Notes: a model not told the origin generated them from the letters alone. Shown: positions 25,377 to 38,714, counted from the stretch's first letter. The stretch is DNA of 64,000 bases from Novakomyces olei (GCA_016906335.1 JADEYG010000007.1:2108001-2172000), one strand, 5' to 3'. Translations and numbers: made by a program.

Positions 25377-26642
25377 ATGCTGGAGGCCGCTAAACAAAAG
25401 CAAGGCCGGCGGCGGCCATGGCTCAATAGCGATATATACCACGAGTCTTACAACAATAGTAAGATTCTTATAGAAAAAGTGCGCTCGAGGCATATTGTCT
25501 CACACAAACTCCCCCCGCATGAGCGCATTAAACACTTTACGTGGGCTTGGTACTCGGAAACAATGAGCGGCGGTGGCATTTCTGTCCTTTTGAAGTTGCT
25601 ACCTTATCGTTTCCATGGACTGGACGCGATTGGTACGGTTTTTTTCATTGCCAATATCGTAATCTTTGTCGGTATTTGCATAGGAATAATGATTCGGTTT
25701 AGTCGGTTCCCTGAAACACTGGGCCGATCCTGGCGGCATCCTAAAGAATCTCTCTTTATTCCCTGCTTTTTCCTGTCCTGTGCAGTTTTGATAATTTCAA
25801 TTCACCTGTACGCTGAGCCTCATTGCGGGCCTTGGATTTTTATGGCAGACTATGTTCTCTACTGGATTTACTGTGCTCTTACGTTTTGCCTCGCCGTGTT
25901 CCAGTACGTCAATATCTTTGAGCACGAGACACATGTGCTTCACGATATGTCGCCAGCATGGATTCTCCCTGTTTTTCCCGTCATGTTGTGCGGCACTATC
26001 GCCGGGACCGTGGCCAATTCCATGTCCGCACGGCTCGCACTGCCGTTATTATTCTCTGGAATAACCTTTCAAAGCCTTGGCTATACCGTGAGCTTGCTCA
26101 TGTATTCTACCCTCATGGTGAGATTAATAACGTGCGGACTGCCGGCGCCTTCTTCGAGGCCGGGAATGTTTATTTCTACAGGGCCGCCTGCATTTACGGG
26201 TCTTGCAATGATTGCACTTACGCGAACAGCAGCAGAAAAGTTTCCAAACGGGTATATTACAGCAAACGTGCCGGCGGGGCCGGTCTTCCAAGTTGTCGGC
26301 CTGTTTGCGGCGTGCCTATGCTGGTCCGTCGCCTTTTGGTTTTTCTGCATTTCTCTTGTATCGGTATTAAAGGTATGGCGTCTCATGGAGTTTAGTCTTG
26401 TTTGGTATGCCATGGTGTTCCCCAATACCGGGTTTATAATCTGCACTCTTCGCATCGGCGAGGAACTCAACTCGCCCGGGATTCAGTGGGTCGCTACTGT
26501 TATGACGATCCCGCTGATCTCCACGTATCTATCCGTCCTCATCTTTCATATCAGAGCAATCATGATGGAGAAAATGATGTACCCTGGATACGATGAAGAT
26601 TATCCTTTTGATTTCCCTCTACAGAAACAGGCCTCGTTGTAG
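25377..26642 (+). CDS. MAE1: SLAC1/TDT-family C4-dicarboxylate (malic acid) transporter
   Basis: ERIKHFTWAWY..TMSGGG, HPKESLF.P, PAWILPVFPVMLCG, RPGMFISTGPPAFT, WYAMVFPNTG. Confidence 0.9.
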   Translation: MLEAAKQKQGRRRPWLNSDIYHESYNNSKILIEKVRSRHIVSHKLPPHERIKHFTWAWYSETMSGGGISVLLKLLPYRFHGLDAIGTVFFIANIVIFVGICIGIMIRFSRFPETLGRSWRHPKESLFIPCFFLSCAVLIISIHLYAEPHCGPWIFMADYVLYWIYCALTFCLAVFQYVNIFEHETHVLHDMSPAWILPVFPVMLCGTIAGTVANSMSARLALPLLFSGITFQSLGYTVSLLMYSTLMVRLITCGLPAPSSRPGMFISTGPPAFTGLAMIALTRTAAEKFPNGYITANVPAGPVFQVVGLFAACLCWSVAFWFFCISLVSVLKVWRLMEFSLVWYAMVFPNTGFIICTLRIGEELNSPGIQWVATVMTIPLISTYLSVLIFHIRAIMMEKMMYPGYDEDYPFDFPLQKQASL

Positions 26643-27016
26643 ATACTCCTTGCATTGTTCAGCTAGATTCGATATTTGCGCGGGCTTGGCTTGCATTGCT
26701 TTTGGGATTGCCTCAATTTGCTGTGCTTATCAAGGCCTGGCCGACTATGTTTATGATACCCAAAAATTCGTACTTTTATCCTCAAGTCATGAAATGTTGT
26801 CTTGATTAATATGTTAAATACTAGAGTCTAATAAAACAAGATAATATAAACTAGATTGTAAAGAATTTGCAGTAATGATGTCCAATTGTATGCCTATCGT
26901 TTGCAACGGACTAAATCAGCTTCGTGCCTGTCATAGAACGACTGAGAAAATGTATATGTGAATGCTGGAAGCTGTGCCTAATTTTCTCATCACAGTCTAA
27001 TAACGGCCCTGTATCC

Positions 27017-27462
27017 CTACTCTGGGCGCGCTTTGGGCATAAAAGCTGAACGTATTTTTGCAATGTCAATAACCTGGTTCCTCTGCCAAAACTCCACAAG
27101 CTGCAAGTTAATTATATTAATTCTCATTATTAACTCATACCAAATCAGCAACGCGGTCTGGTTCGTCTTCATGTACAAAATGGCCAGTTTCTGGAAGAAC
27201 GGCAAGCTGGTATTTGCCTTGCATTTGGCCAATAGTGAGTGTTTTGTCGAGACGGTCCGTACCCGCAAGTATGAGTAGCTTCCCGGCACGAATGGCTAGA
27301 AACCGTTCCGAAAGGCCCTTGAACCATTCTGTAATTTAGTTTAAACACACATGTGTCCCAGCCAAAGGCAATAATAAGAGAAAAAAGATGTAATGATTCA
27401 GCCAATTAACAGAACGGAAAACATGGCACGGTAACGCGAAATAAAAAATAATAAAACCTGGT

Positions 27463-27508
<46 letters not shown>

Positions 27509-28265
27509 AGCAAGAGCAGTGATACCTATCCAGTACGGCTCTGTTGCAGCCAAGTCTGTGCGCCAATACTGCCGGCCGTCATCACCAATCCGCAAAAGCG
27601 GTGGCACTGAGACACGTGCAGATTCGTAATTGCGTACAAGACGAGTATGTACACTTTAGGTGAGCAAAGAGACAAAAGTATAATGAGCATACTGCCAGTC
27701 AATAGCGGCGTCGACCGTCTCAAAAGACTCGGGTCGGCGCTGGAAGTAGTTTCTCATGTGTCCCAGCACATCCATCGCGTAACCTTCGACTACATCGATT
27801 ATAGCGACGCCCAAAAGACGAGGCAGTCCCTGTTCCGCTACCCGTGCCACAATAGCACCGCCCAAGCTAAACCGTTTAATAAACAACAATTTATCAGCTA
27901 GTCTTTTTTTTTTTGCCTTGTGACCAGTCCTCCCGTGTTACGTACCTGTGTCCCACGAGAATAATTTCTCTTGGAGAGATTTGTTGCAACGAGTTTACGA
28001 GATCGTTGGCAAGAACATCAATGTCATAATCTAACTTTGCAAATTTCGAATCACCGTGGCCCCGTAGATCAAAAGCGACTGTGCCAATTGTCGAATTTTG
28101 CTGCCGCAGACAGCGGGAAAGGCACGCAAAGCTCAAAGCGCTCGAACCGGCGCCGTGAACCAAAACAAACAATGGGCCTCCATTGGGAGGCGAATAGTAC
28201 CCATGAACCGTGCCGCCGGCAACTTTAAGGTCTAAGACCGAATCAAAGTAGGGCCTTGTATCCAT
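27017..28265 (-). CDS. PPE1: Protein phosphatase methylesterase 1, multiple introns
   Basis: [57 protein letters not shown]. Confidence 0.92.
27466..27504. repeat. (AT)n in a PPE1 intron
   Basis: Direct reading. Confidence 0.95.
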
Positions 28266-28552
28266 CGGGATGTAATTGACTCTTTAGATTCTGATTCATG
28301 CGCAAATCGGCCCGTAACAGTGAGGAATCGCGTTCATTTTCTACTTTTACGAGAGTCTCGCGTTGTCGATCGCAATCGCTCTATAAATACGGTAATAAAT
28401 ACTAAAATAATACGATAATATATATTTATTCAATAATTACGTATAGATTGATAATTGCTACGTGCAGTGACGTAGAGCGGGACAGTTTAATTTTGTGGGG
28501 AAGAAGAGGTTCTGCAAACAGAGCCAATTGGCCGGTGCCTTTGCCTATAAGA

Positions 28553-29284
28553 ATGGCGGCTGTTCTGGCGGGAGTCGGAGGTGGTCTTGGCGCAGCGCTG
28601 GCTCGACGGTTTGCTGCTACGTATAAGGTTGCCCTAATTTCTCGTAGTGAGCATTCGCTGGCGCCCGTAGCAGAGGAATTGCGTGCCTCTGGGGCTCAAG
28701 TGCTCGCTGTTCAAGCGGACATGGGTGACGCTGGGTCCGTGGATGAAGCGTTTCGCAGAATTGACGCTGAGTTTGGGGAAACGTCTTTAAGAGTGGGAGT
28801 CTACAACGCTGCTGGGCCGTTTCAGGCGGCTCCTTTCTTACAGCTATCCCCGTCTGATTTTGAGGCGCAAATGAGTGTAACTTACTTTGGAGCCGTCAAT
28901 TTTGCCAGAGCAGTTTTGTCTCGGTTCGACAAAACTCAAAGCGCCACGGGGAATAGCGCTCAAGGCCACTCTCCCACTTTGCTCTTTACCGGTGCTACTG
29001 GTGCAGTAAGGGCTAATAAAAACTTGGCCGCTTTTACAGGGCCAAAATGGGCGCAACGAGCGTTGACACAGTCATTGGCAAAGGAGTACGGGCCGAAGGG
29101 TGTACACGTAGCCCACGTGATTGTGGATGGGATTATTGCTGGGCCTCGTACTGCTGCATACCAAACCAGCACACCAAAGCTGGATCCGACCGCTATGGCA
29201 GAGACGTATTGGGCACTGCATGAGCAGAATAGGCTTGCTTGGAGCTGGGAATTGGATTTAAGGACGTACGCCGAGCCGTGGTAG
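28553..29284 (+). CDS. Short-chain dehydrogenase/reductase
   Basis: GVGGGLG Rossmann motif, VYNAA, LLFTGAT, K.AQRALTQSLAKEYGPKGVHVAHVIVDG, WELDLR..EPW. Confidence 0.92.
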   Translation: MAAVLAGVGGGLGAALARRFAATYKVALISRSEHSLAPVAEELRASGAQVLAVQADMGDAGSVDEAFRRIDAEFGETSLRVGVYNAAGPFQAAPFLQLSPSDFEAQMSVTYFGAVNFARAVLSRFDKTQSATGNSAQGHSPTLLFTGATGAVRANKNLAAFTGPKWAQRALTQSLAKEYGPKGVHVAHVIVDGIIAGPRTAAYQTSTPKLDPTAMAETYWALHEQNRLAWSWELDLRTYAEPW

Positions 29285-29654
29285 TTGTACATAACGCGAG
29301 TTTGCTTATAATTGGACGTGCACTTGTATTTTACCTACACATTTCATTTACCTGTATGGTTTCCTTTTTTTTTCCTTTTTTATTTTTTAATTTAATTTTT
29401 GATTTTACGTAGCCTTTCAATTGATCCTTTAAAACTCAGCAATATCCTATATTTAATTATTAGTGAGATCTAGTTGGCACCAATAGCAGTGGAGTCTCAT
29501 ACGATCCGCGGCCCACACGTTTATATTATTTAATCAGTAATTTCCATGTGGCCTTGTGGTGAAACCAAAACGGCCAGACCGTTGATCTAGAACCTTTCAA
29601 GAGACTGTAGATAAAAGTATTTTTTAGACTTGAAGCCAAAGCCTGTCAGAACGG

Positions 29655-30257
29655 TCAAGACAATTGACCTAATTGCCCGGCCTGTTTTGGTTGCTCTAGT
29701 GCTAATTTATTAGGCTTAGAACCCAAAGCATTTCGACTAAAAGGCACTTCCTCGTGTAGCGCTTTATAGATCCACGCCGCCCGTCCACCCAATTGTGGTG
29801 GTGTACTGAAGATTGGAATCTGGTACTGCTCTGCATCCCGTTCTACCGCCGGCGCAGCAGACCTGTTCTCCTCCTGATCTTTCTGTCTCCGATCTCTTGG
29901 TCTTGACGGCCGAGATGACCGCGCAGGTTTGGCACGTTTGCTGTCCTGCTCTGCCGACTTGGCCTTCTGTGTCCTTTTAGTCGAGGATTTAAAGGTACTG
30001 CTGCTAGAATCGGGTTTCCCATTCAGTGCCTGGTTCACGTGGTTCTTGAGAAATTTCGCTGAGCCGTGTTGCGGTCCGCGTTTTGCCGTCTCGCCCTTGG
30101 CAGGAGCATTTTCTTTTTTTTTGTCGTTCTTTTGCGACACCAAACGCCGAGTCTGCTCTATAATACTTGAAGCGCTTTTGGGGGCCACAGTGTTAGAATT
30201 GAAGCGGCACAGTAAGAAATTGGGCCTTTGCCGCAACAGTACACGTGCCGTCGACAT
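29655..30257 (-). CDS. Hypothetical basic protein with presequence-like N-terminus
   Basis: 200-aa ORF beginning MSTARVLLRQRPNFLLCRFNS (R-rich, no acidic residues); family not recognised. Confidence 0.6.
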   Translation of the reverse strand: MSTARVLLRQRPNFLLCRFNSNTVAPKSASSIIEQTRRLVSQKNDKKKENAPAKGETAKRGPQHGSAKFLKNHVNQALNGKPDSSSSTFKSSTKRTQKAKSAEQDSKRAKPARSSRPSRPRDRRQKDQEENRSAAPAVERDAEQYQIPIFSTPPQLGGRAAWIYKALHEEVPFSRNALGSKPNKLALEQPKQAGQLGQLS

Positions 30258-30908
30258 TTCGTCCAAGACCAAACCAATATTAGAAGAACTCGAATCTATA
30301 ATTTATTTTTATTTTGCTTTATCTACTCCTCAAATTTATGATTAATCTTTGATTTATTCATGGTTTTAATTCATGTATAATTGCTATTTTATTCTTAATT
30401 GCCGATGGTTTGTCTCATAATTGATACAAATTTCAATATAAACCCTAATCCTAGTCAACAAGAAGGGGGGAAAGCACTCTAGCACCTGCTACAAGGATTC
30501 AAGCTGGACTTCAATCAGGAAGTATTGGATGGAAAAGATGTCTGTGGCGCCAGAGAACGTAAACGTATCGTGATTTCGGTTTCAAAAGTTGTCAAGACAC
30601 GGTAGAATTTGGGCAGAACGATATGTCGAGTATTATATAATGACGCTGTTATCATAATATGCACGCTAAGCGGCCAATCTTTATAGAATGATGGAAATGA
30701 TAAATTTGCAATTGCAGGGTAAAATGTCTGTATTCTGATGCGCGCGCAGGATACGGCCAAGTTTGATTAGTCTGCAAAAAAACATCATCCAAATTGAATG
30801 CTATTGAGAACAGCGCATTATATCGGTATTTATGGCTACATCCAACACAATTCTAGGCAAAAGTTTTCATTCTTATGCTTCCCATTTTCTTTTCACCTCC
30901 AGTTTGTT

Positions 30909-31595
30909 CTATCGTGCCTTTTTACGCTCCTTGAGCTTTATACTCTCATCGCCGACATAAACACCCTTCCCCTTGTACGGCTCAGGCTTACGTTTTTCCC
31001 GCATAATAGCAGCAAAACGCATAATTCGTGCGTGTACATTACCTTCCAATACAACCGACATTGGATTGGGCACCGTCACTTTTACATCTGGCCACAAGGG
31101 AAGATACACAGGGTGCGAAAAGCCCAATTTTAGATGTAAAACAGGCACCCCGTCTACCGTATCCAGACTCGCACGGAACCCTATCCCCTGCAAGCGAACA
31201 ATTGTCATATATCCTTCAGTTACACCCGTAATTGCCTTATCAACGGCAGTGCGAGTCGTCCCAAACATTTGCCGGTGCGCTCTCTCAGCTTTTCGTCGAC
31301 TTCCACTCACGTTGGAGGTATCGGTCTCAATCAGCCGCAGTTGAGCAGCACGCGACTTTGCGTCCATGTCAATGCCGATATACGGTGGCACTCGCACTTT
31401 TATACTCCCCCGCGGCCCCGTTACGTGTAAAATTGCCTCGTCGTTTTGCGCTGGCTGAACATGTAATTTTACCGTGTCCGGAACAGCCACCGGCGACCGG
31501 CCAATGTACGATGCCGCTGGCAGAGACTGTGAGAATGCGCGGACACACCTTGTCAGCGGCGGCTGCTGCCGCCCAAACAAAAAGGCACGCAACAT
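30909..31595 (-). CDS. MRPL6: Mitochondrial ribosomal protein uL6m
   Basis: SYIGRSPV, VTGPRG, LKLGFSHP, RKPEPYKGKGVYV. Confidence 0.96.
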   Translation of the reverse strand: MLRAFLFGRQQPPLTRCVRAFSQSLPAASYIGRSPVAVPDTVKLHVQPAQNDEAILHVTGPRGSIKVRVPPYIGIDMDAKSRAAQLRLIETDTSNVSGSRRKAERAHRQMFGTTRTAVDKAITGVTEGYMTIVRLQGIGFRASLDTVDGVPVLHLKLGFSHPVYLPLWPDVKVTVPNPMSVVLEGNVHARIMRFAAIMREKRKPEPYKGKGVYVGDESIKLKERKKAR

Positions 31596-31880
31596 CACAG
31601 ATCTATCTGGAGTTTAATGCACTAATTAATTTTTATTAACAGCTTTATTATTTATTCTTCATAAATCTCATAATATACTATAGATTTATTTAAATGTCTG
31701 GCTGAGCTATCGTGGAAATATGCATGCAATAATGCTATTCTCAAAAGAAAATTACAATATATTTATAAATTAATATATAAAAATATTAATATATTTATTT
31801 ATATATATATATATACTATTCTGTATATTGCCTTTTATCAAAACTTTCTCAAACACAATTGCTCTACATCTGCCAACCCA

Positions 31881-33578
31881 ATGAAGTATCGTACTACGCG
31901 CGGTGGCAGCAACGGTTTTAGTTTTGAAGATGCCGTGGTATCGCCTCTGCTCTACTCGTTTCATTTTTTTCCCCTTTTTCTTCTAGGTTTTCTGGCCAAC
32001 ATTTAGCGTTGCTCATGGCCTCGTGACCAATTCATTGCATTTGTTCTAACATTTGTGTAGCTGAAAGGTTTAGGCGCTGATGGCGGCCTATTCATCCCCG
32101 AGCATATCCCTCAGCTTCCTGAAAATTGGCGAGAAAAATGGCGCGACCATACATTTGAGCAATTGGCTTACGAGATAATGCGGCTCTACATCGATGAAGA
32201 AGAGATCCCACCCAAAGATTTAAAGGAACTTATCGACCGGTCATACTCGACTTTCCGTTCGCCCTTACGTACACCCTTGCATGAACTGGACCATCAGTTT
32301 TACCTCCTCGAGCTCTTCCATGGACCCACGTTTGCCTTCAAAGACGTGGCGTTACAGTACTTGGGCAATTTGTTTGAATACTTTCTCACCCGCAAAAATG
32401 CTGGTGCTCGTGCTGGTGGCAAGCGTGATCATCTTACTGTTGTCGGTGCTACTTCAGGGGACACTGGCTCCGCTGCAATCTACGGATTACGTGGTAAGAA
32501 GGATGTGTCTGTCTTCATTCTCCACCCTAAAGGCCGTATAAGCCCCGTGCAGGAAGCGCAAATGACCACAGTACTCGACGAAAATGTGCACAATGTGGCC
32601 GTACAGGGCACGTTTGACGACTGCCAGGATATTGTCAAGGCACTTTTTGGTGATACCGAGTTTAACGCAAAGTATCATTTGGGTGCAATCAACTCTATCA
32701 ACTGGGCGCGTATTCTCGCCCAGATTACGTACTATGTGGCGTCCTGGCTCCAACTGGAAAAGGCCAAAAGCAGTAGTGGGGCTAGTAGAGGTCTTCAGGT
32801 ACGGTACGTTGTGCCTACTGGCAACTTTGGTGATATCCTGGCCGGCTATTATGCGAAACGGATGGGCCTGCCTGTCCAGCGTCTGGTGGTGGCCACAAAC
32901 GCAAACGACATATTGGACCGCTTCTTCCGCGGTGGAAGTTATGAAAAGAAAAGTGCCAGCCGCACTGCTTCTCCTACAGCGGAGCTGGCTGCGGATGGTG
33001 CCTCTGCGGACGGCGAAGGCGTGCGTGAGACTCTGAGCCCGGCCATGGATATTATGGTGTCGAGTAACTTTGAACGGCTCCTGTGGTACTTGGCCCGGGA
33101 GTGCTGTAGCGATACAGACACGGGTGCCAGTAAGCAGGTTGCTCAATGGATGAGCGATCTAAAAGCCGGTGGCCGAGTTCAGCCACCAGCAAGTGTACGG
33201 GAAGCAGCAGCCCGGGATTTCAGTAGCGAACGCGTCGATGATGCTCAGACAGTGGCGGCTATCAAAAGGGTTTTTACTGCCAGCCCAGACCACTACATCC
33301 TGGATCCCCATACTGCCGTTGGAGTGGACGCTGCTGAGCGTAGCAATAAGACTGCTGCTGAGGCTGGTGTGGATACTATTGCCCTGGCTACGGCTCATCC
33401 GGCCAAGTTTAGTGGAGCAGTTGATCAAGCATTACATGACGTTCCTGGCTACGTGTTTGCAAGTCTGCTTCCACCAGAGTTTGAAGGGCTACTAGAACGG
33501 CCACGGCGTGTGCAGGATGTTCCCCGGCCAGATGTAAGCCTGGTGAAGAAGCTGATTGAAGCGAATGTACATGTCTAG
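31881..33578 (+). CDS. THR4: Threonine synthase; intron 31938-32060
   Basis: MKYRTTRG..FEDAV|LKGLGADGGLFIP; LELFHGPTFAFKDVALQ; GATSGDTGSAA; NSINWARI; TAHPAKF. Confidence 0.97.
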
Positions 33579-33988
33579 TCAGGGAGAGAGGAAAAAGTGA
33601 ATACAAACTTGTTTACCACATAAATATAAATAATAACTTGATTAATAATTCACATTAGTGATCATTCTAAATGAAAGGTTTGTCCCGTAACAATAAGAGC
33701 CTTGACCTATTTTTTGTCAACACTATGTCTAAACGAAACAACCTCCATATATTTTAATTGCTCCTAAATTAAACACTTGAGTGCGACTTGGAATATGCCG
33801 AATTTTTAGAGAATTAAGTGTAACAAACCAAATCTATCATTGTAAGCCAGCAAAATAAATAAAATTAGATTAAATAAAGCCATGCTATATATATAAGCTT
33901 CACGCGATCCCGAGGCGAATAATAAATAGTGTCTAATAATTAATTAATATGGACATGTATGCATTAAGCGCAAGATACCATCAATAAA

Positions 33989-35188
33989 ATGAGTCGCGTG
34001 CTGCAGGCGGACGAGATCCGCGCAGTAATGCGGTCACTTGACAAGGCGGTGTCTGCAAGTAACACCAAAGTAAGCGCTAAAGCTCATTCATTGCGGGCTC
34101 AAATTCTGCCATTGAGCCTCCTCAAAAAAGGTATAGATCTAACAATAAACAGGAAGTTTTAGAGCTCCTTGAGCGTTTACGCAGTGATGTAGTGCCATCA
34201 GAAACGCTTCTAAGGGTAAGAATGGTCCCAAAATTTTTAGCTTTAAATTTGTTATCCGCCGTTGACTCGAGATCGTGGTCTTGAGCCTATTACTGACGCA
34301 CTTTTTTTGGTCTCTCTTTTTTTTTTTTTTTTTTTTTTTTTTCTCTTGCTTGTCTCATTGTCGCCAATATCTATAATACGTGTTTGGAACCGTGTCTAAC
34401 GACTCGCGCAGGAAACAAAGCTCGGAATCGCTATAGGAAAGCTGCGTACCAATGCAGAGCCAAGCGTGGCTACGTACGCAAAGGACTTGGTCAAGGACTG
34501 GCGGACACGGATGAATGTACAAAAGTCCACAGCGCCCTTAGAGGCTCCCTCTCGCGGGGCCAAGTCATCAAAATCTGCGTCTCCGGAAAAATCAGGGCCA
34601 GTAAAGCCTGAGCCAGTTGCTACCGCGGCTGCAGCTCCAGCGGCAGCGAGAGCGAGGGATGCCAAATCAGATGGTATTAATACTCGGGTCACTGGTCACA
34701 GCATAAGAGACTCGTGTATAGCTCTGATATATAACGCTCTAGCTATAGACTCGATTGTAGCTGCAGAGGCTTTACTCTCACGAGCACAGCAGATTGATCT
34801 AGTTGTATTAAAGCAGAGCAAATCGCTAGTGGATCAAACCTACCGTACAAAGATGAGGTCGCTCTATCTCAATTTGAAGGACAAAAACAACCCTGGGCTG
34901 AGGTCGAGTGTGGCTTCTGGCGAAATCACTGCGCTACAGCTGTGCTCAATGACCCCACAGGAAATGGCTTCGGAAGAGCGACGGCAAGCAGATCGTAAGA
35001 TTGAGGAGAGCAATTTGTTTAACGCGCGTGGGGCAAAGCCGGTTAAGGCGGTTACGGATCTTTTTCAGTGTGGGAAATGCAAACAACGCAAGGTCTCCTA
35101 TTACCAGATGCAGACACGAAGTGCAGACGAGCCTATGACAACTTTTTGCGAGTGCATGCACTGTGGTAATCGCTGGAAGTTTTCGTAG
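33989..35188 (+). CDS. DST1: Transcription elongation factor TFIIS, two introns
   Basis: RSLYLNLKDKNNPGLR; zinc ribbon CGKC...QTRSADEPMTTFCECMHCGNRWKFS. Confidence 0.97.
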
Positions 35189-35519
35189 AGGCGAATATAA
35201 TCGTTACATTTACAAATAGCTTTCAAGGCCAAGCAAAGCCAATGGATTAAGCAAAGCCAATAGCTTATAGATACTAGCCCATACTCGTGCCTATTTTCGC
35301 TAATTCGTACCTTTTAAATTCACTGAAATTGGGTTCGCCAAAGGTTTGTAAGGCGGCAAAAAGGCTCTAAAAAATAAGGATAAGAATAAAAGAATAAAAC
35401 TGCCATATACAATTGTGGTTTAATCATTAGGAAATGGCATGCTTGTAGCTGAAGGTCTGTCCCAACCATATACCCGTCCAAACCCATGCGCCAGTCAGTC
35501 AGTCAGTCAGTCAGTCAGT

Positions 35520-36351
35520 CTATTTGAGATATGCCTCGCGGTCGAGCACAGACTCGTCAAATTTGACGAGGTAGACGGTCCGGCCGGGTACGCTATCCGT
35601 AGGAACTGAATGAGCAGTGACGCGGCACGACTATTGTCAGTGATGTCACATTTTTTTTTTTTTGTGGGTGAGCATACAAACATGGCCCCGTCGAGGATAG
35701 CCTCAATAATACCCGCAGCAAACGCGGCGCAGTTGAGCTGTGACATTTCCCGCGGCACAGAAATAAAGCGATTCACGAGCGGCGCATTGTCCAAAATCAT
35801 GACTAACATTAGCAACACTCAGCCAATCCTTATAAGCAGACTGCCATTAAACGGAATAATAAAAAAGACATAATAACACTCACACTCATCAGCGTGCTCG
35901 TTGCTCTTTTCTAACGCATCCGCCGGTTTTTTAAACAGCATTTTCCACACTGTCGTATGGATAAACTGCAAAACGCCAAGAATACGCGTTTCCCTACGAC
36001 CACTCCGCTCGCGCCACTGTGACAGTTCCAACACTCGGAGGCCCACGTGGTACCCGAATTCGCTCAGCCTGGTATTAGCGAAATAGCAAAATAGCAAAAG
36101 TAGGATAAAATGTAGTAATACCTTTGCTCTACGTCCTGGATGCCTTTTGCACTGGCGTGAGCATCGCGCACGAGCTCTCCAAACAACAGTGCAAAAGCAG
36201 CAATTGAGCAGTCGAGGCCCCGTGTGCGATTCAGATTGCGCTCGTATATATTGCTGCTTGAACTGCCTCCGCCGCCGCCAAAACTGCTGGCGCGTCTGAC
36301 AGCGGAACTCGCAGAGTGCCGCGGTGGCGTGCCGCTTGCGCCTGTCACCAT
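35520..36351 (-). CDS. TRS31: TRAPP complex subunit Trs31, three introns
   Basis: [57 protein letters not shown]. Confidence 0.93.
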
Positions 36352-36394
36352 ACCATCAACGTAAAGTGCTTTTAAAAATAATATAATTATATAA

Positions 36395-36907
<513 letters not shown>

Positions 36908-36936
36908 CACAACTCGATGGTTACGTCGTGCGCACA

Positions 36937-38698
36937 ATGAACGGACGCCGGCTACTGTGCCAGCGCTGTCAGGCGCAGTTGGCAGTAGCGGACGAGAAGC
37001 CGTCCGCATACACGCGCTTGCTTAATGGTAATTTATTCTATTTTTTAAATCTTTTTACCGCGAGCCGGGCGTGCTGAGTACAGGGCCATGGCGGCATCGG
37101 TACCCTGAGGGAGTCGGGCACGGCCACCGTGCTGGCCCGCTAACGGCCGAACAAATCGGCTTTTACGAGTCTGCGACGGGGCACTCTGCGCGTGCACGTC
37201 CAGAGCAGGTACGTGTTGTTCTTTTAACTTTAATTCTGTGATCGCCTATAAATTTGTCGATAAACAATTGTCAGAACAGTTGGAACAATTGTCAGAACAG
37301 TTGGAGAATTGTCAAAACAGTTGGAGAATTGTCAAAACAGTTGTCACAGTTGTCAAAATAATTGTTCTAACATTTGTTTGAGCTTCTCAAAAAATCTGAA
37401 AAGTTCAAGAGGCCTCTGTCTCATTGCTAAAATAGAGCTGCAGTCTATATTCACAGACAACACTTGAAGTTCTTTGTTACAGTCTAACACGGCAGGATCC
37501 GTTAGAGTCCTTTGTAGTTCTGCCTACAGCGCAGTCGAGCACGGTAGAGGGAATCGCTACTGCGATGGAGCGGATGCGCACGGTTGCGCTAGTGCTGTCC
37601 GGCAAGACGGACCTCGATTTCCCAGTATGTTCAGACTGTGCAGAAATGCTGCTCGAGTCGAGTGGCCACAAGCTGGCAGAGGCGCGTCGGGAGCGGGACG
37701 CGTACCTCGAGTACCTGCGTGACGTAAAAGAGGCAGAATATGTGCCAAGTAGTGACCTTGAGCGGCAAGTGGCGAGTGCAGAGTCTGCACTGGCCACTCT
37801 CCAGGCGGAGCGGCTAAAGGCAGAGGCAGAGCTGGAGCGGCTCGAGGCGGAGACGCAGTCGCTGCTGGAGACCAAAGTGCAAGAGCAGTGGCGGCTGCGG
37901 GACAGCAGCGAGCAGCGGCTGTTTGCTCAGCAGTCTGAGCTGGAAAGCGTGCAGAGACGAGCTGCCGCTGACAGAGCTCTGCTTGAAAGACTGCAGAGGA
38001 CAAACGTGTACAACGACGCCTTTTGCATCGGCCACGATGGCCATTTTGGAACCATTAACGGACTGCGGCTCGGGAGGCTGCCCGGCCACCGTGTCGACTG
38101 GGGCGAAATAAATGCTGCTTGGGGGTTAGTGCTGCTAACCCTGGACACGGCTGCCCGTAAATTAGGGTTTAGTTTCCACGGGTACAGGCTGCGGCCGCTC
38201 GGGTCGACGTCGGCTATCGTTAAATTCGACAGCTCTATAGTGGATCCCTCTGAGGCAGAGGCAGTAGCCACAGACGAAAGGAGTGGGCACAGTGGCAGTG
38301 GCAGTGGCAGTGGCAGTGGAAAAAAGGGCATTACTGTACTGGAACTGTACACCTCGGGCGACCTGACACAGCGGCTATTCCTCCATCGCAAGTTTGACTA
38401 TGCCATGGTCGGCCTGCTCGAGTGCCTTGCCCAGCTGGGCGAGTTTATAGAGGCACAGGAGGCAGCTGCGGCAGCTGCCCGTGACCGTGATAGGGACAGG
38501 GAGCAGGCGGCGAGTACTGCCTTGGGACTGCAGTTGCCTTACAAGATCGACCGTGACCGGATTGGCGATTCGTGTATCCGCCTCGCGTTCAACCAGGACG
38601 AGAATTGGACACGGGCGTGCAAGTTTGTGCTCACAGACGTTAAATGGATACTCGCAATATGCAGCAGCCGAGCACGGCGCATAGAACTGAGCGGCTGA
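36937..38698 (+). CDS. ATG6: Beclin/Atg6/Vps30; exons 36937-37027, 37084-37208, 37496-38698
   Basis: N-terminal CQRC, ESFVVL, PVCSDC, coiled coil, TNVYNDAFCIGHDGHFGTINGLRLGRL, WGEINAAWG, WTRACK. Confidence 0.93.
37268..37360. repeat. ~20-bp tandem repeat (TTGTCARAACAGTTGGAGAA) in ATG6 intron 2
   Basis: Direct reading, about 4 copies. Confidence 0.85.
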
Positions 38699-38714
38699 CT
38701 GCCCTATTGCTATT

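Noticed and set aside
28448..28552. TTG-initiated N-terminal extension of the SDR
   Set aside because: Contains acidic residues, overlaps the promoter, and is not presequence-like enough
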